Below are positions 40,351 to 53,573 of a stretch of 64,000 nucleotides of DNA, one piece after another. Made by a program: the position numbers and the translations under genes. Origin of the DNA: the human T2T-CHM13v2.0 reference genome, Homo sapiens; NCBI RefSeq assembly GCF_009914755.1, contig NC_060927.1. One strand, written 5' to 3'. Each line of letters begins with the position of its first letter. Positions within the stretch are counted from its first letter, which is position 1. The notes beneath the pieces were generated by a model. It was not told where the DNA came from. It was given only the letters and a program-made list of their open reading frames with translations, and searched no databases.

Positions 40351-41811
40351 AGCACAGAAAAGAGAAAACCCGACGGAGAAGGCAGCCCGGGTCAGCTGTG
40401 CCACTTGGTGTGGACGCCTGAGGTGCGGAACAGGAGCTGCTGTGTCCGCATTTTTCTTTCCTCTCCTTTTTCTTCAGAGAGGCGGTCGGAAGTAGCTGCT
40501 GGGTCTGCTTCGTGATGGCTGCTTCAATGGCTTGGCTGAAGAGTGTTGGAAACTGGGTACAGGAACAGGGTCTGAGTTGTCACTCTCCCCATCGCTGTCC
40601 ACAAGAGCAGCAGGAATTAGGCTGTTTGCATCTTTGGAGCAGTTTTGGGCCAAACGTCTGTTTTTCCTTTTTCAATTCTCCACATCTGAGCAAAAGAAGG
40701 AGAGTCGTCTTCCAGATTCCTGATGCTAAATGAAGCAGTGGGGTGACAGACGGGTCAGCAGAAAGTCTGCCTGGGACCCTGGAGTTCTGTTAAGAGAAGA
40801 AAGGGAGGGGGCCCCAGGCCCTCCGTGCAGGAGGTCCCACAGTGGAGCTGGAGGAGCAGGTGTAGGAACGGCAGGGAGGAAGCTGCCGTAGATCCTGCAG
40901 GCCCCCTGTCTGGTTCTCCTCCATCTCTGCCCTGTGCTCTCAGCAGCGTTCCTCCTGAGACTTCTCCTGGTGACTTCTCTTCTCTATGTCAGTCTAGGGT
41001 TACCTTAGAGACCATAGGAGAAGGTCCCATTTCCCAAAACCCAGTCAGAGAACCACCCTGTGTTGAGAGTCCCCGATTCACTCACATCCCACATGACCTC
41101 GCCCGTACATCCTGGAAACAACAGCTCCCATCTCCTCGCCCCTGAAGGACCTGGGTACTGCTAAGATGTGTTATGCCCAGGGATTTTGATGCTTATTCTC
41201 TATGTGTTCCTGGTGCCAGAGTCTGCAAGGACCTACATTTCCAATTCTACCACCTCACATTGTTTTCCAGGGTTCTGGTACCTAATTAGGAAAGTCATCT
41301 GTGTCCATAAGTTCCTCTGGCCCTCTGGAAAGTGACCTAATTATAACAAAGCCACACAGAACAATCTCCTTCATATTACTACAAAGCCTCACAAATCAAA
41401 TTCCTTGATATTACCACCATCATTCATCCCTGTAGGATGATGCCAATAAGAACAGAAGCCTCCATTTCTTGAATACTTAGTGCCTTACATGGATGAGTTC
41501 CTTACTTCTCTCAATAGCTTTTTGACATAAGTACTACTATTATGCCCATTTTACAGGTGGAGAAATCAAGGCTCAGAGAAGTTAAATGACTCGCCCAAGA
41601 ACACATTGTTAGTTTCATATTGACAATGAAATTCTAGCCCTAATCTGCCTGACACCAGTGTCGGGCATCTTGTCCATTACACAAACTGTCTCAGGTTATT
41701 TCTACTAATCTCCCTATGAAGAATTATAAAGAAAATTTAAACAGTAGATTGAGGTAGGGGAACAGGAGGGAGATGGGATAATTTAAACAGTAGATTGAGG
41801 GAGATTGGTCT

Positions 41812-42233
41812 TTGTATTAATAAAGAAAATGCTAGCTAATATAATAATTAACCTCCCAATTTTAGTGTCTTAACACAGTTCAAATGTATTTTTTACTCAT
41901 GTTGCAATCTGATGGTGTTCCTGGTGGGTTTCCTCCATGTGGTGATTCTGGGACCCAGGCTTGTCTCATCTTATGGCTCTGCCATCCTTTAGGGCCTTGG
42001 AGACCTTTGCATCCAGAAGAAACGTACACCCTCTTCTTAACTGCCTTGGCCCAGAAGTGACACACATCCCTTTCTGCTCACATTTCACTGGCCAGCACTG
42101 GTCCTGTGGCATTGCATAGATGTAAGGGGACTGGGAAATGTATTTCTGCCCTAGGCAGCTACTTCTCAGCATCAACTCTATACCATTCAAGAGGGCATGC
42201 AAAATATTTGGTGAAAAGTTAGTTATCTCTGCC
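41812..42233 (-). mobile_element. Old MaLR LTR (MLT1I/J-like)
   Basis: GGCCCAGAAGTGACACACATCCCTTTCTGCTCACATTTCACTGGCCAG is typical MLT1 antisense. Confidence 0.65.
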
Positions 42234-42321
42234 CCAGCCTCAATGACCTTAAGTGTCTTCTATTCCATAAATTCTAAGATTCCATAATTTAATTGTTTTG
42301 GAATACATGGGAATCTGTTGA

Positions 42322-42657
<336 letters not shown>

Positions 42658-43532
42658 TGAAGGTCCTTTCAATACGGTCATATTCTTGTGAGAAACGATG
42701 AAGACAGACAATGTCTGTGGCAGTGTGGTCAGTATACTCTGTGGCCTGATGTTTGCGGTGCCTGAAAAGTGAGAGCGTCTGTCACCTTTTCTTTATGTTC
42801 CTGTAGTGTGGCCCGTGGTAACTTTCCAATAGGAGGGCAAGAACAACTCCAAGGGCAGAAACCTTGCCCGGGCTCCATCCCTTCCTGCCGAGAGAAGTGC
42901 TCGAAGACATGGTTTTTACATAATGTTTAGAAATAAGCATCTGAGAAGTGTGGAAACATGCCGTCCTGATTTACTCAGCCCCATCGCTAAGTGCTGGCAT
43001 TATCACCATCTGCTGAATGTGGAAGTTGTTGAAAAATGAGTCACCTGGCACCAAAAACCATTTCTGCTCAGAATCCCCCCCACACACTAACCCATCTCTT
43101 AGTATCAACAAAAAGTCTCTGCAGCTTGTAAGTTCTGAGAAGACTAAGAGAACATGAGTTCCCCCAAGTGGCGTATGTTTATTCATCCTCTAATACACGG
43201 GCATCCATTTCCTTCATCCTTGTTGGCACACTTGCTTTAAAAGGATGCTGAACTTTGTGCATGGACAAATACAGTATTATTTCTGAATTCATAGGCAGAC
43301 TGGCTGCACCAGACTCCCCTGAATCTCTTTCCCATTTTATACTCAGTATTTGTTTGATAGCTGGCACCTTAACAATGAGAAATACTATGGGTCAAAACGT
43401 AATATGATAACCTCTCATGCATCTGTAAACATGTTAACTTTCTCCTCCATAAGGGACCCCAAACCTCCTTAACTATTTTTGGGTGATGTTCATTCCTTTT
43501 CTAGTTGAGCTACACTGCCCTTTTGATATCCT

Positions 43533-43636
43533 GTGACTTAAATACTGAAATACAAGGTTAAATACTGAAATACAAGGTTATACTGAAATACAAGGTTAAA
43601 TCGTGACTTAAATACTGAAATACAAGGTTAAATCGT
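43533..43636. repeat. Four copies of a ~20-bp unit AATACTGAAATACAAGGTTA
   Basis: Units at 43541, 43561, 43581 (lacks AA) and 43611. Confidence 0.95.
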
Positions 43637-45562
43637 ATTAGCACATTTTTTTTAATGAGAGGTGGGTTGGGGGTGGTAACCCCCAGGCTCTGTCACCCAG
43701 GCATTCTGGGTGAGCACCCAGAGAGCACCCCAGGCACTCTGTCACCCAGGCTAGAGTGCAGTGGCGAGATCATAGCTCACTGAAGCTTTGATTTCGCAGG
43801 CTCAAGTGATCCTTCTGCATCGGCCTCCATGACAAAATCGGGAAGAAATGCCCATAACTATAACAGACCTAGTTTCTGCAATTAGTCACATGGTCATAAC
43901 TGATATTTACACCTGCCTTCTTCCCCGCCCCATTGCATGTTGGTTGTGGCTCCTTCCCTGAGCCTATATCTTCATTCCTAACCCACTGACAGTGGCCTTT
44001 TTTAATGAAGGGCATAGAATATGAGAAGGTCACAACAGGATCAGGTTGCTGTGAAAGCTGCTCCCTGCTTGAGCCCTACAACCCAAAAGATAGGATGCAG
44101 CTTGAAGTATCTGTGGCTGAGAGATGCTGTTTGGAGCTGCTGGTTAGGGGTGGATCAGCATAGAACCTCAGGATTTGGGAGCAAAGCTGTGTCCTCCTCT
44201 GCAGAGCGCTACATATTCACCTTTTGAGAAGCCTTTTTGGGTTTTCTACAGGACCTAAGGGGAGACTGAATGTTTTATCCCAAGCTGCCAAGTTACCATG
44301 TGACCTGAGCCATCCATCATGAACTGGGCATTGTGCTCACTTGCTCTTCAGAAATTGTGAAATATCAGAGCATGTGTCAACCTGCAAGAGCCCAGACAAT
44401 GTTGTCACATGGATTTCTGCAAAAGTTAGGAGACCTGAGTTATGGTCCTAACCAGTGCTGCCAGCTGGCTGGGTGACTTGAGTGTTAGCTTCCTCATCTG
44501 TAAAGTAAGGGCACTCGCATGCATGTAGAAAGAATCCAGCAAACCTGGCGTAGGGTGTCATGCCATCAACTGGAGTCTATTGGGCAGTAAATCTGCTCAG
44601 TAAGGGTGTCTCCAAAAAGATTTCACCATCAGATCAGTTTGCTAAGCCTGTTTATGCCAGTTGCTTTCTTGTGTGACTTCTCAGTGTTTCTAATATTCTA
44701 ATGTGCATGTTGGTGGGGGTATTGAAAGGGAGTAATATACTCACAGAGTAACATACTGTGAGAAGAGTATGTGTATTGTTCCCCAAACTTATCATAAATA
44801 TATATATATAATGTATAATATAAATGTAAAAATGTATAAAACCCCTTTTTATTGCAGATACTTATTCATATCACCTGGAGGTAGGCTTTCATGGAATACA
44901 GGTTAGGAAATTCTCATCAAGTGCTCCGTTAACATAATAAGCAGTTGTTAAAATCGGTAAGATTTATGTCTGGGTTTATACATGAAATGTTTACAGAAAA
45001 TAGAGATTTATGTTAAAAAGAGCCCAAGATGAAATTACATGTGTGTATTGATGATAGCTATGAAAAACGGTGTCTAATTATATCAAGGAAAAGAGAAAAA
45101 TAAGAGATGGGTAGTGTTTGAGAACTGAGTGATTGTTCTTCTATTTATTGAATTAATCAGTTTAATCAATTAAGTTATCAAATGAAGTGTTGGACTGAAT
45201 GGGTTTTCAGACTGTACCCCTGGTGGCCACGAACAAGGACATGGTCAAGGAGAGAGTGATCAGGATTCTGGGGTTCTACCCTCTGCTTTAACAAAGCAAT
45301 TTGGCTTTTATCTGAAAGTGGAGACACAGGTTGAGGGGTCAGGACGCCTGAGTTCAAATCTTATCTCCCACAGTCACTGGCAATATGACCTTGGGCCATC
45401 TCTCTGACCTCTTGTATCTTTCTCTGTAAAATGGAAGAAATAAGAACAGCTCTCTTGTAAAATTGTGGTCCAGATGAAATGCGATAATCCAGGTAAAGTA
45501 CAAAGCACAATACCAGGCACATAGTCATGTACTTAATAAATGTGAACTACTAACATTCTTCT

Positions 45563-45860
45563 AGACTGGGCATGGTGGTTCATGCCTGTAACCCCAGCAC
45601 TTTGGGAGGACAAGGTGGGAGGACCGCTTGAAGCCAGGAGTTCAAGACCAGCCTAGGCAATAAATCATGACCCTGTCTCTATAAAAATTTAAAAAAAAAA
45701 TTATCTGGGTGTGGTGGCACACACCTACCTGTAGAGGCTGAGGTGGGAGGATCTCTTGAGCCCAGGAGTTTGAGGCTGCTGTGAGCTATGATGGTGCCAC
45801 TGCATCCTGGCCTGGGTGGGTGACAGAGGGAGAGACACTGTCTCTTAAAAAAAAACAAAA
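45563..45860 (+). mobile_element. Alu (AluJ-like)
   Basis: Full Alu. Confidence 0.92.
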
Positions 45861-46221
45861 TGTGTTTGTAAGTGGGCAAACAAGGTGTTTCACAGCTAAA
45901 AGGGCTTGAGAAACATAGGACTTGAGCATGTGTGTGTGTTTCTTTAAAGGTATTTTTCATCTCTAAGAGTCTGAGATCTTGCCGTATGACAGGCATATTT
46001 TGAGACAGACAATTCCCCCATCCCTACTGCCTCACTGTCACTTCTGGTCTGTTTCCCAAATGCAAAACAAACAAAATCTCTTTGTTACATGGTAGTTGCC
46101 TGCTCCTTTTCGCTAATTTTGGTTCTTCTTCTAAATATGAGAACCAGCAGAAAAGTCATAGAGGCTTGCAGTATATCTTCACACAGAGACACACTTAACT
46201 CTTGATAAACAGAGTACGAGA

Positions 46222-46945
46222 GGACAGACGCGGTGGCTTATACCTGTAATCTCAGCACTTTGGGAGGCTGAGGAGGGAGGATCACGAAGTCAGGAGCTCG
46301 AGACCAGCTGACCAACATGGTGAAACCCTGTCTCTACTGAAAATACAAAAATTAGCTGGGCGTGGTGGCGGGTGCTTGCAATCCCAGCTACTCAGGGGGC
46401 TGAGACAGGAGAATCACTTGAACCTGGGGAGGTGGAGGTTGCAGTGAGCCAAGATTGTGCCACTGCACTCCAGCCTGGGCGACAGAGCAAGACTCTGTCT
46501 CAAAACAAACAAACACCCAACAGAGCAGGGGAACAGGCTAACTGGCTTGCGCTTTCAATGTAAACACTGAAATGTACATTTACTGCAAAGTGTCTTCATA
46601 CTAGTAACTGATTAAAAATGGAGGCCACATTTTTTTTTAATAGAAACATACTTCTTCCTTTACCAAATAGTTGGGTTCATAACGTGAACCAAATTTTTAG
46701 TGCTGGCCGGGCGTGGTGGCTCATGTCTGTAATCCAGCACTTTGAGAAGCTGAGGTGGGAGGATTGCTTGAGCCCAGAAGTTCAAGACAGCCTGGGCAAT
46801 GACTGCTATTTTTGTAGTGAGTCTTCATTTCTACAAAAATAAAAATAAAATACTTACCCAGGTATGGTGGCACAGGCCTATTGTCCCAGCTATTTGGGAG
46901 GCTGAGGTGGGAAGATTGCTTGAGCCTGGGAAGTTGCACTCCAGC
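46222..46945 (+). mobile_element. Two Alus (46222-46515; 46705-46945, 3'-deleted)
   Basis: Alu consensus; the second lacks its tail and abuts an LTR33-like relic (~46946-47305). Confidence 0.88.
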
Positions 46946-47259
46946 TTGCTGTGCACCCTGGGAGGCTGATCTCTAGGGACTGGTTTCTGGTTGGCCAATG
47001 GTAGGCACCAGCAGGAGGTTGAAGCTTGGAAAGAGATGGGTCAGGTTATTTCTTCCTCCTGCATCTGCCGTGACTTGGCCTGGATTGGGCAGTGGCTGCA
47101 ACCCTCTGTGACTTTAGCCTCCATGGGATGGATCCTCTGCATAGAACTAACTCTTAACCAGATTCTGGTTACATCTTCTGGCCTGGGGGCCTGGGGGTAG
47201 TGATGCCTTCTCTACTTACTAGTCCCTGAGTGCCCAGGCATCCCTGGTGGCTTCCTTTA

Positions 47260-48035
<776 letters not shown>

Positions 48036-48324
48036 TTAAAGTTAGTTGTTTTAAAAATCCCAACTGATTGTGCTTTTTCCATGATTGATGTACACCTGTT
48101 GGACGCATACTGAGCAACAATGGCATCATAATGACGATAAAGGAGAAGACATGAATCTAGCTAACAAAAACAAGACAAGATACAGAAGAAAATGGGTCTA
48201 GCTAGTAAAAACAAGATATCATATTACTGTGTCAGATTAGATTTGGCTGTGAGATACAGAGACCCAAAATAAAGGTAGCTTAAACAGGAGCAGAGTGTGT
48301 TTCATGCTCACATAAAATCCTCTA

Positions 48325-48669
<345 letters not shown>

Positions 48670-49414
48670 CTACCTTATTTGGTCATTGTGAGGATTAAAT
48701 GAGCTAATGAATGAAAACTTCTTAGTACAGTGCCTAGTATATTATGAATTTAACTTTTATTGCTGTTATCATTATCATCCTTTCTCCTTACCTCCCACAT
48801 TCATCTTGCACCACTCACTTTTTTGATTCTCTTATGCAGAAAAAGAAAGTGTTTAGTGATGTGCTAATCCAGCTTTCAATTTATTAAAATGTTTATGCAT
48901 CACCTTCTTGGTAACTGGTTTTGGAGGATGGAATCACTGGGCAACCAGCGAGAGATTAGTGGTGAGAAGCAGGTGGTAAATCAGCAATTTGGGATTTAGA
49001 TCACTGAAGTGTCTCCCATGGGTGAACACTCAGATAGCTGTTTTGCAGGATCTAGCATTTCCTTAAGATTATTTTACAATGTCTACTGTCTATTTTAAAT
49101 GAAGAGAGCATTTAGCTCCTGCCAAGCTTAAACATGCCTACATCTTTCGGTGTGATCATGCATCCAAAAGATGGCTGGAGCCTGGGGCGACCCATTGCTC
49201 TTGGTAAGTGCCAACCTGAAGGGGTGACATTGCTGAGATCCTTTCAGGACAGGATTCTATGGAATGAGTGACAGCACGTCAGTTGTCAGCAAGGACCAGC
49301 CACTTCCCCAGTTCCACAGCACAACCTAAACCACCTCTGGGGAGCAGAAACAATGAAGTGATTGAGCTTAAGCCTGAAATGATTGAGAAAATCTAGAACA
49401 AAATTTTATTTTCT

Positions 49415-49930
49415 GCCAGGTGCAGTGGCTCACTGGAAGGCCAAGGTGGGTAGATCACTTGAGGTTAGGAGTTCAAGACCAGCCTGGTCAACATGGTGAA
49501 ACCCATCTCTACTAAAAATACAAAAATTAGCCGGTCATGGTGGTGGGTGCCTACAATCCCAGCTACTTGGGAGACTGAGGCAGAAGAATTGTTTCTTCTG
49601 CCTCAGGGAGAAGGAGGTTGCAGGGAGGTGGAGGTTGCAGTGAGCCGAGTCTCTGCCACTGCACTCCAGCCTGGGCAACAGAGAGACTCCATCTCAAAAA
49701 GAAAAAATATTATTTTCTGCCACACAGCAGAACAAGAGCTCAGAGATTAAGTTGACCTATGGAAAAAATAAAGAAAGACTCACTTATGGCAGGGTGCCAT
49801 GGCTCATGCCTGTAACCTCTGCACTTTGGGAAGCTGAGGCGGGAGGATCCCTTGAGCCCAGGAGTTGGAGACCAGCATGGGCAACATAGAAGGCCCTGTC
49901 TCAAAAAAAAATAAATTAAAATTAAAAATA
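49415..49930 (+). mobile_element. Rearranged Alu (49415-49706) and monomer (49788-49930)
   Basis: Alu consensus with a left-arm deletion and a fold-back insertion; TSD-like TTATTTT(T)CTGCCA. Confidence 0.9.
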
Positions 49931-50507
49931 AAAAGAAGAAAGGCTCACTTGAGGCTTGTGGATTACTGTGGCTGTGAGGATTTATACTTACCATGGAGTT
50001 AGGGTTTTTAGGAATAATTATAATACGAGCTGAAACTTGCTCAACTCTGCTGTGTGCCAAGCACTACGCTAAGTGCCTTCCATAAGGGATTCCATTTAAT
50101 CCTCACTACAATCCTGGCTGGCAAGCACCATGACTCACATTTTATAGAGCAGGGATATGAGGCTTACAGAAACAAACAATGGCCTAAGTTCACGTAAGTT
50201 GCGGATGAGGAGCTGATTTCACCTCCAAGATCTCCTTAGCCATACTTTCCCTTAAGTCTATCACTTTGAACATATTTTGCCTTCTATTGTAGTTATTTTT
50301 AATATGCTGTACTTTTAATGACTTTATAATATTCATGAGAGCAGAAGCATGTGTAATTTATCTTTTAAAAATGTTTATTGAGGTCTAATTTAATACCATA
50401 AACATAAATATCAAGTATAATGTAATCATCCAAATGAAGATATTTAGAACATTCTAGCACCAAAGAATTTTCCCCTGAGTTCCATCCCAATCAAAATAGT
50501 GCCAAGA

Positions 50508-51130
50508 GGCCAGGCACGGTGGCTCATGCCTATAATCCCAACACTTTGGGAGGCCAACACGGGCGCATTGCTTGAGATCAGGAGTTTGAGACCAGCCTCT
50601 TGGCAACATGGTGAAACTAACCCTATTTCTACCCAAAAATACAAAAATTAGCTTGACGTGGTGGCTTGACTGTGGTTCCAAGTACTTGAGAAGCTGAAGT
50701 GGGAGGATTGCTTGAGCCTAGGAAGGCGAAGTTGCAGTGAGCCGTGATTGTGCCACTGAACTCCAACCTGGGTGACAGAGCGAGACCCTGTCTCAGAAAT
50801 AAAATAAAATAAGACTGGGCGTGGCGGCTCACACCCGTAGTCCCAGCACTTTGGGAGGCCAAGGCAGGCAGATCATGAAGTCAGGATTTCAAGACCAGCC
50901 TGACCAACATGGTGAAACCCCGTCTCTACTAAAAATACAAAAATTAGCCAGGCGTGGTGACGTGCACCTGTAATCCCAGCTACTCAGGAGGCCGGGGCAG
51001 GAGAATCACTTGAACCCAGGAGGTGGAGGTTGCAGAAAGCTGAGACTGTGCCACTGCGCTCCAGCCTGGGCAACAGAGTGAGACTGTGTCTCAAAAATAA
51101 ATAAATAAATAAAAATTTAAAAAAGAAAAA
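50508..51130 (+). mobile_element. Two tandem Alus (50508-50812, 50813-51130)
   Basis: Two dimeric Alus. Confidence 0.93.
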
Positions 51131-51311
51131 AATAGTATGTGTACATTCATATGTGAGTATAGACGTATGTGCATGTATGTGTAGACGAAAAGCTATATAG
51201 CAGTTTATCTCTATAATAGCGCTCATCACTGTGCTTCAGGAGTCTGTTTAATTGACTCCCCCACCAAACAATGAGGCCCTTAGGAGAACAGTTGTTGCCT
51301 TATTCACCTGG

Positions 51312-51313
51312 TA

Positions 51314-51372
<59 letters not shown>

Positions 51373-51463
51373 GTATATACACACACACACATATATATAT
51401 ACACACACACACACATATATACACACACATATATGTACGTGTATATATATGTGTGTGTATGTG

Positions 51464-51521
<58 letters not shown>

Positions 51522-51522
51522 C
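51312..51522. repeat. Compound (TA)n/(CA)n/(TG)n microsatellite
   Basis: About 210 bp of alternating purine-pyrimidine sequence. Confidence 0.97.
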
Positions 51523-52318
51523 TTGGTAGAAAATGTCTCATTGACAACTCAGAGCTTACAAAATATATACATACACCTATATAAAAAAAACTTCTGCCCC
51601 CTCCCCCATGAGTGGTTCTGGAGGGAGTAGCTGAGAGGGTCATCAGGACAGTGCCTATTTTCTCAAAGATACCTCCCTCCTCTCCCCACATGTTCCTTGC
51701 TTCCAGTTATAATTCAGGGGTCTCAGTGGCAGGCCCCTTGGGGAAGAAAGAGGTCCTCCCCAAGCTTCCACCCCATCTTGCATTGGGCTGCAGGTGTGCA
51801 AGGGCTCATTGAACTCTTTGTGACAGCCCCACCCCCATCCCCACTCCCCCATCCATTGTCCGCGCTGGAACCGCAAGTGCAGAAGTGGGTGGGGTGGGCG
51901 CAGCTGGTCTGGGGCTGGCTCAGTCTGATGGTTGCACTCCCTGGAGGACCCCCCCAGGGCTAATGTCTCTGAGGTTGCAGAGTGCTGGCCTGGACTCCTC
52001 CAGCCTCCATCCCCATTTTGTTTAAAAAAGAAAGGAAGAAAGAAAGAAAGTGGGGGAGGCCAGAGGGAAAGGAATAGACATGGGGGAGAAACAAAGGTGG
52101 CCAGCTGGGGAGGGGAGCTCCTGGGCTCTCCCTGGCTGCCCCAGGGTGGGGCTGAGCCTCAGCTGGATTCAGGGCCTGAGGAGTCCCCTGAAGAGGAGGA
52201 GCTGGAGCTGCTGCCCATGGACTCATCTTCATCCTCATCATACTCCTCATTCTCATCCCCTTCCTTGCTGCTGGACTCAGAGGTGTTCCTGCCATCCTCA
52301 GAGGAATCCCCATTCTCA

Positions 52319-52495
52319 TAGCCAGGCATGGTGGCATGTGCCTGTAGTCCCAGCTACTTGGGAGGCTGAGGTGGAAGGATCACTTGAGCCTGAGAGTTGA
52401 GGCTGCAGTGAGCCATGATTGCACCACTGCACTCCAGCCTGGGCGACAGAGAGAAACCCTGTCTCAAAACAAAAACAAAAACACACGTACACAAA
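52319..52495 (+). mobile_element. Alu right arm only (duplicate of the 55215-55395 arm)
   Basis: No left arm and no own TSD; shares tail and flank with the Alu at 55080. Confidence 0.9.
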
Positions 52496-53573
52496 ACACC
52501 TTCTCATGAGTGTACCACAGCTGCTGGTTGGGGTGAGGGGTGGGCTTCTTGGGAATGTCTGACTTCTTGACATTCTTGATTAAGTTGGAATGATCCTTCC
52601 TGAAATGGGCCAGGTTTCACACTTTTTCTCCATCCTTGTCCTCATGGCCCTCGTTCTCTTTATCATCTTCCTAGGACTCTGACTTGGACTGCAGGATTGT
52701 TTGTCTGGACTCAGAGGAGTTCGAGTCCGCAGCTTGGTCATGCTCTTACATTTATCAGAGATATACTCTTTCTAGGCTCTGCGGTCCTGGGGACAGAGAC
52801 CATTAACCCAGGTGTCCAGGTGCACCTTGTATACTTTCGCTGCTCATTGGCCAGCTTTTTGTAGTGCTCCTTCTGACTCCAGGAGATGGCCGCCAATTTC
52901 CACCCACCATGCGCTCTGTCTGTGGCAGGTGTTTCAGCTCCCATTGCACAGCAGTTCCTGGAAGAATTTCTGATACCGGTTCACAAGGCTTCTTGCTTCC
53001 TCCCTGGAATTTCATCATCTTGGAAGACTCTGTAGCAGCTGGAAGTGCCCACATCGCACTCAGCTCTCTCTCATCACTTTTGGTCTTTGGCTGTCTTCTC
53101 AATTCACATCAGGTTCTCCTCCTTGGGATTCCAGGTCACATCCATGGCTTTCGAGGCCTTCACCCGGTCGTTCTTGAAGCAGGCCAGGTAGTTGCTGATG
53201 ATGCTCTGTTGCCAGATCTGTACTCTCTTGATGACTTGGGCGGCTTGCTGAGTTCCTGGCACTCCCTGCCTGGCTTGCTCTCGGGTCTTGTACTTGGCCT
53301 TCTCAGACAAGTCACTCCACCTTCGGGCCAGCGTGCAGGCCAGCTCGATCTCCAAGAACCTAGGCTGCTCCTCCTGCAGCTGCTGCCCCTTTCCCACTGG
53401 GGGACAGAGATCCTTAACCCAGGGGTCCAGGTGCACCTTATACGCTTTTGCTGCTCATTGGCCAGCTTTTGTAGTGCTCCTTCTGAGTCCAGGAGATGGC
53501 TGCCAATTTCCATCCACCGAGAAGCCGCGTGGGCTTCTCAGAGGCTTCCTTACCCTCTTCCTGGGCTGGCTTC

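Noticed and set aside
43541-43630. CRISPR-like repeat array
   Set aside because: Units are directly adjacent without unique spacers, and the context is primate DNA; it is a local tandem duplication.
51248-51691. ORFs rich in YIYI/HTHT/CVCV
   Set aside because: Microsatellite translations.
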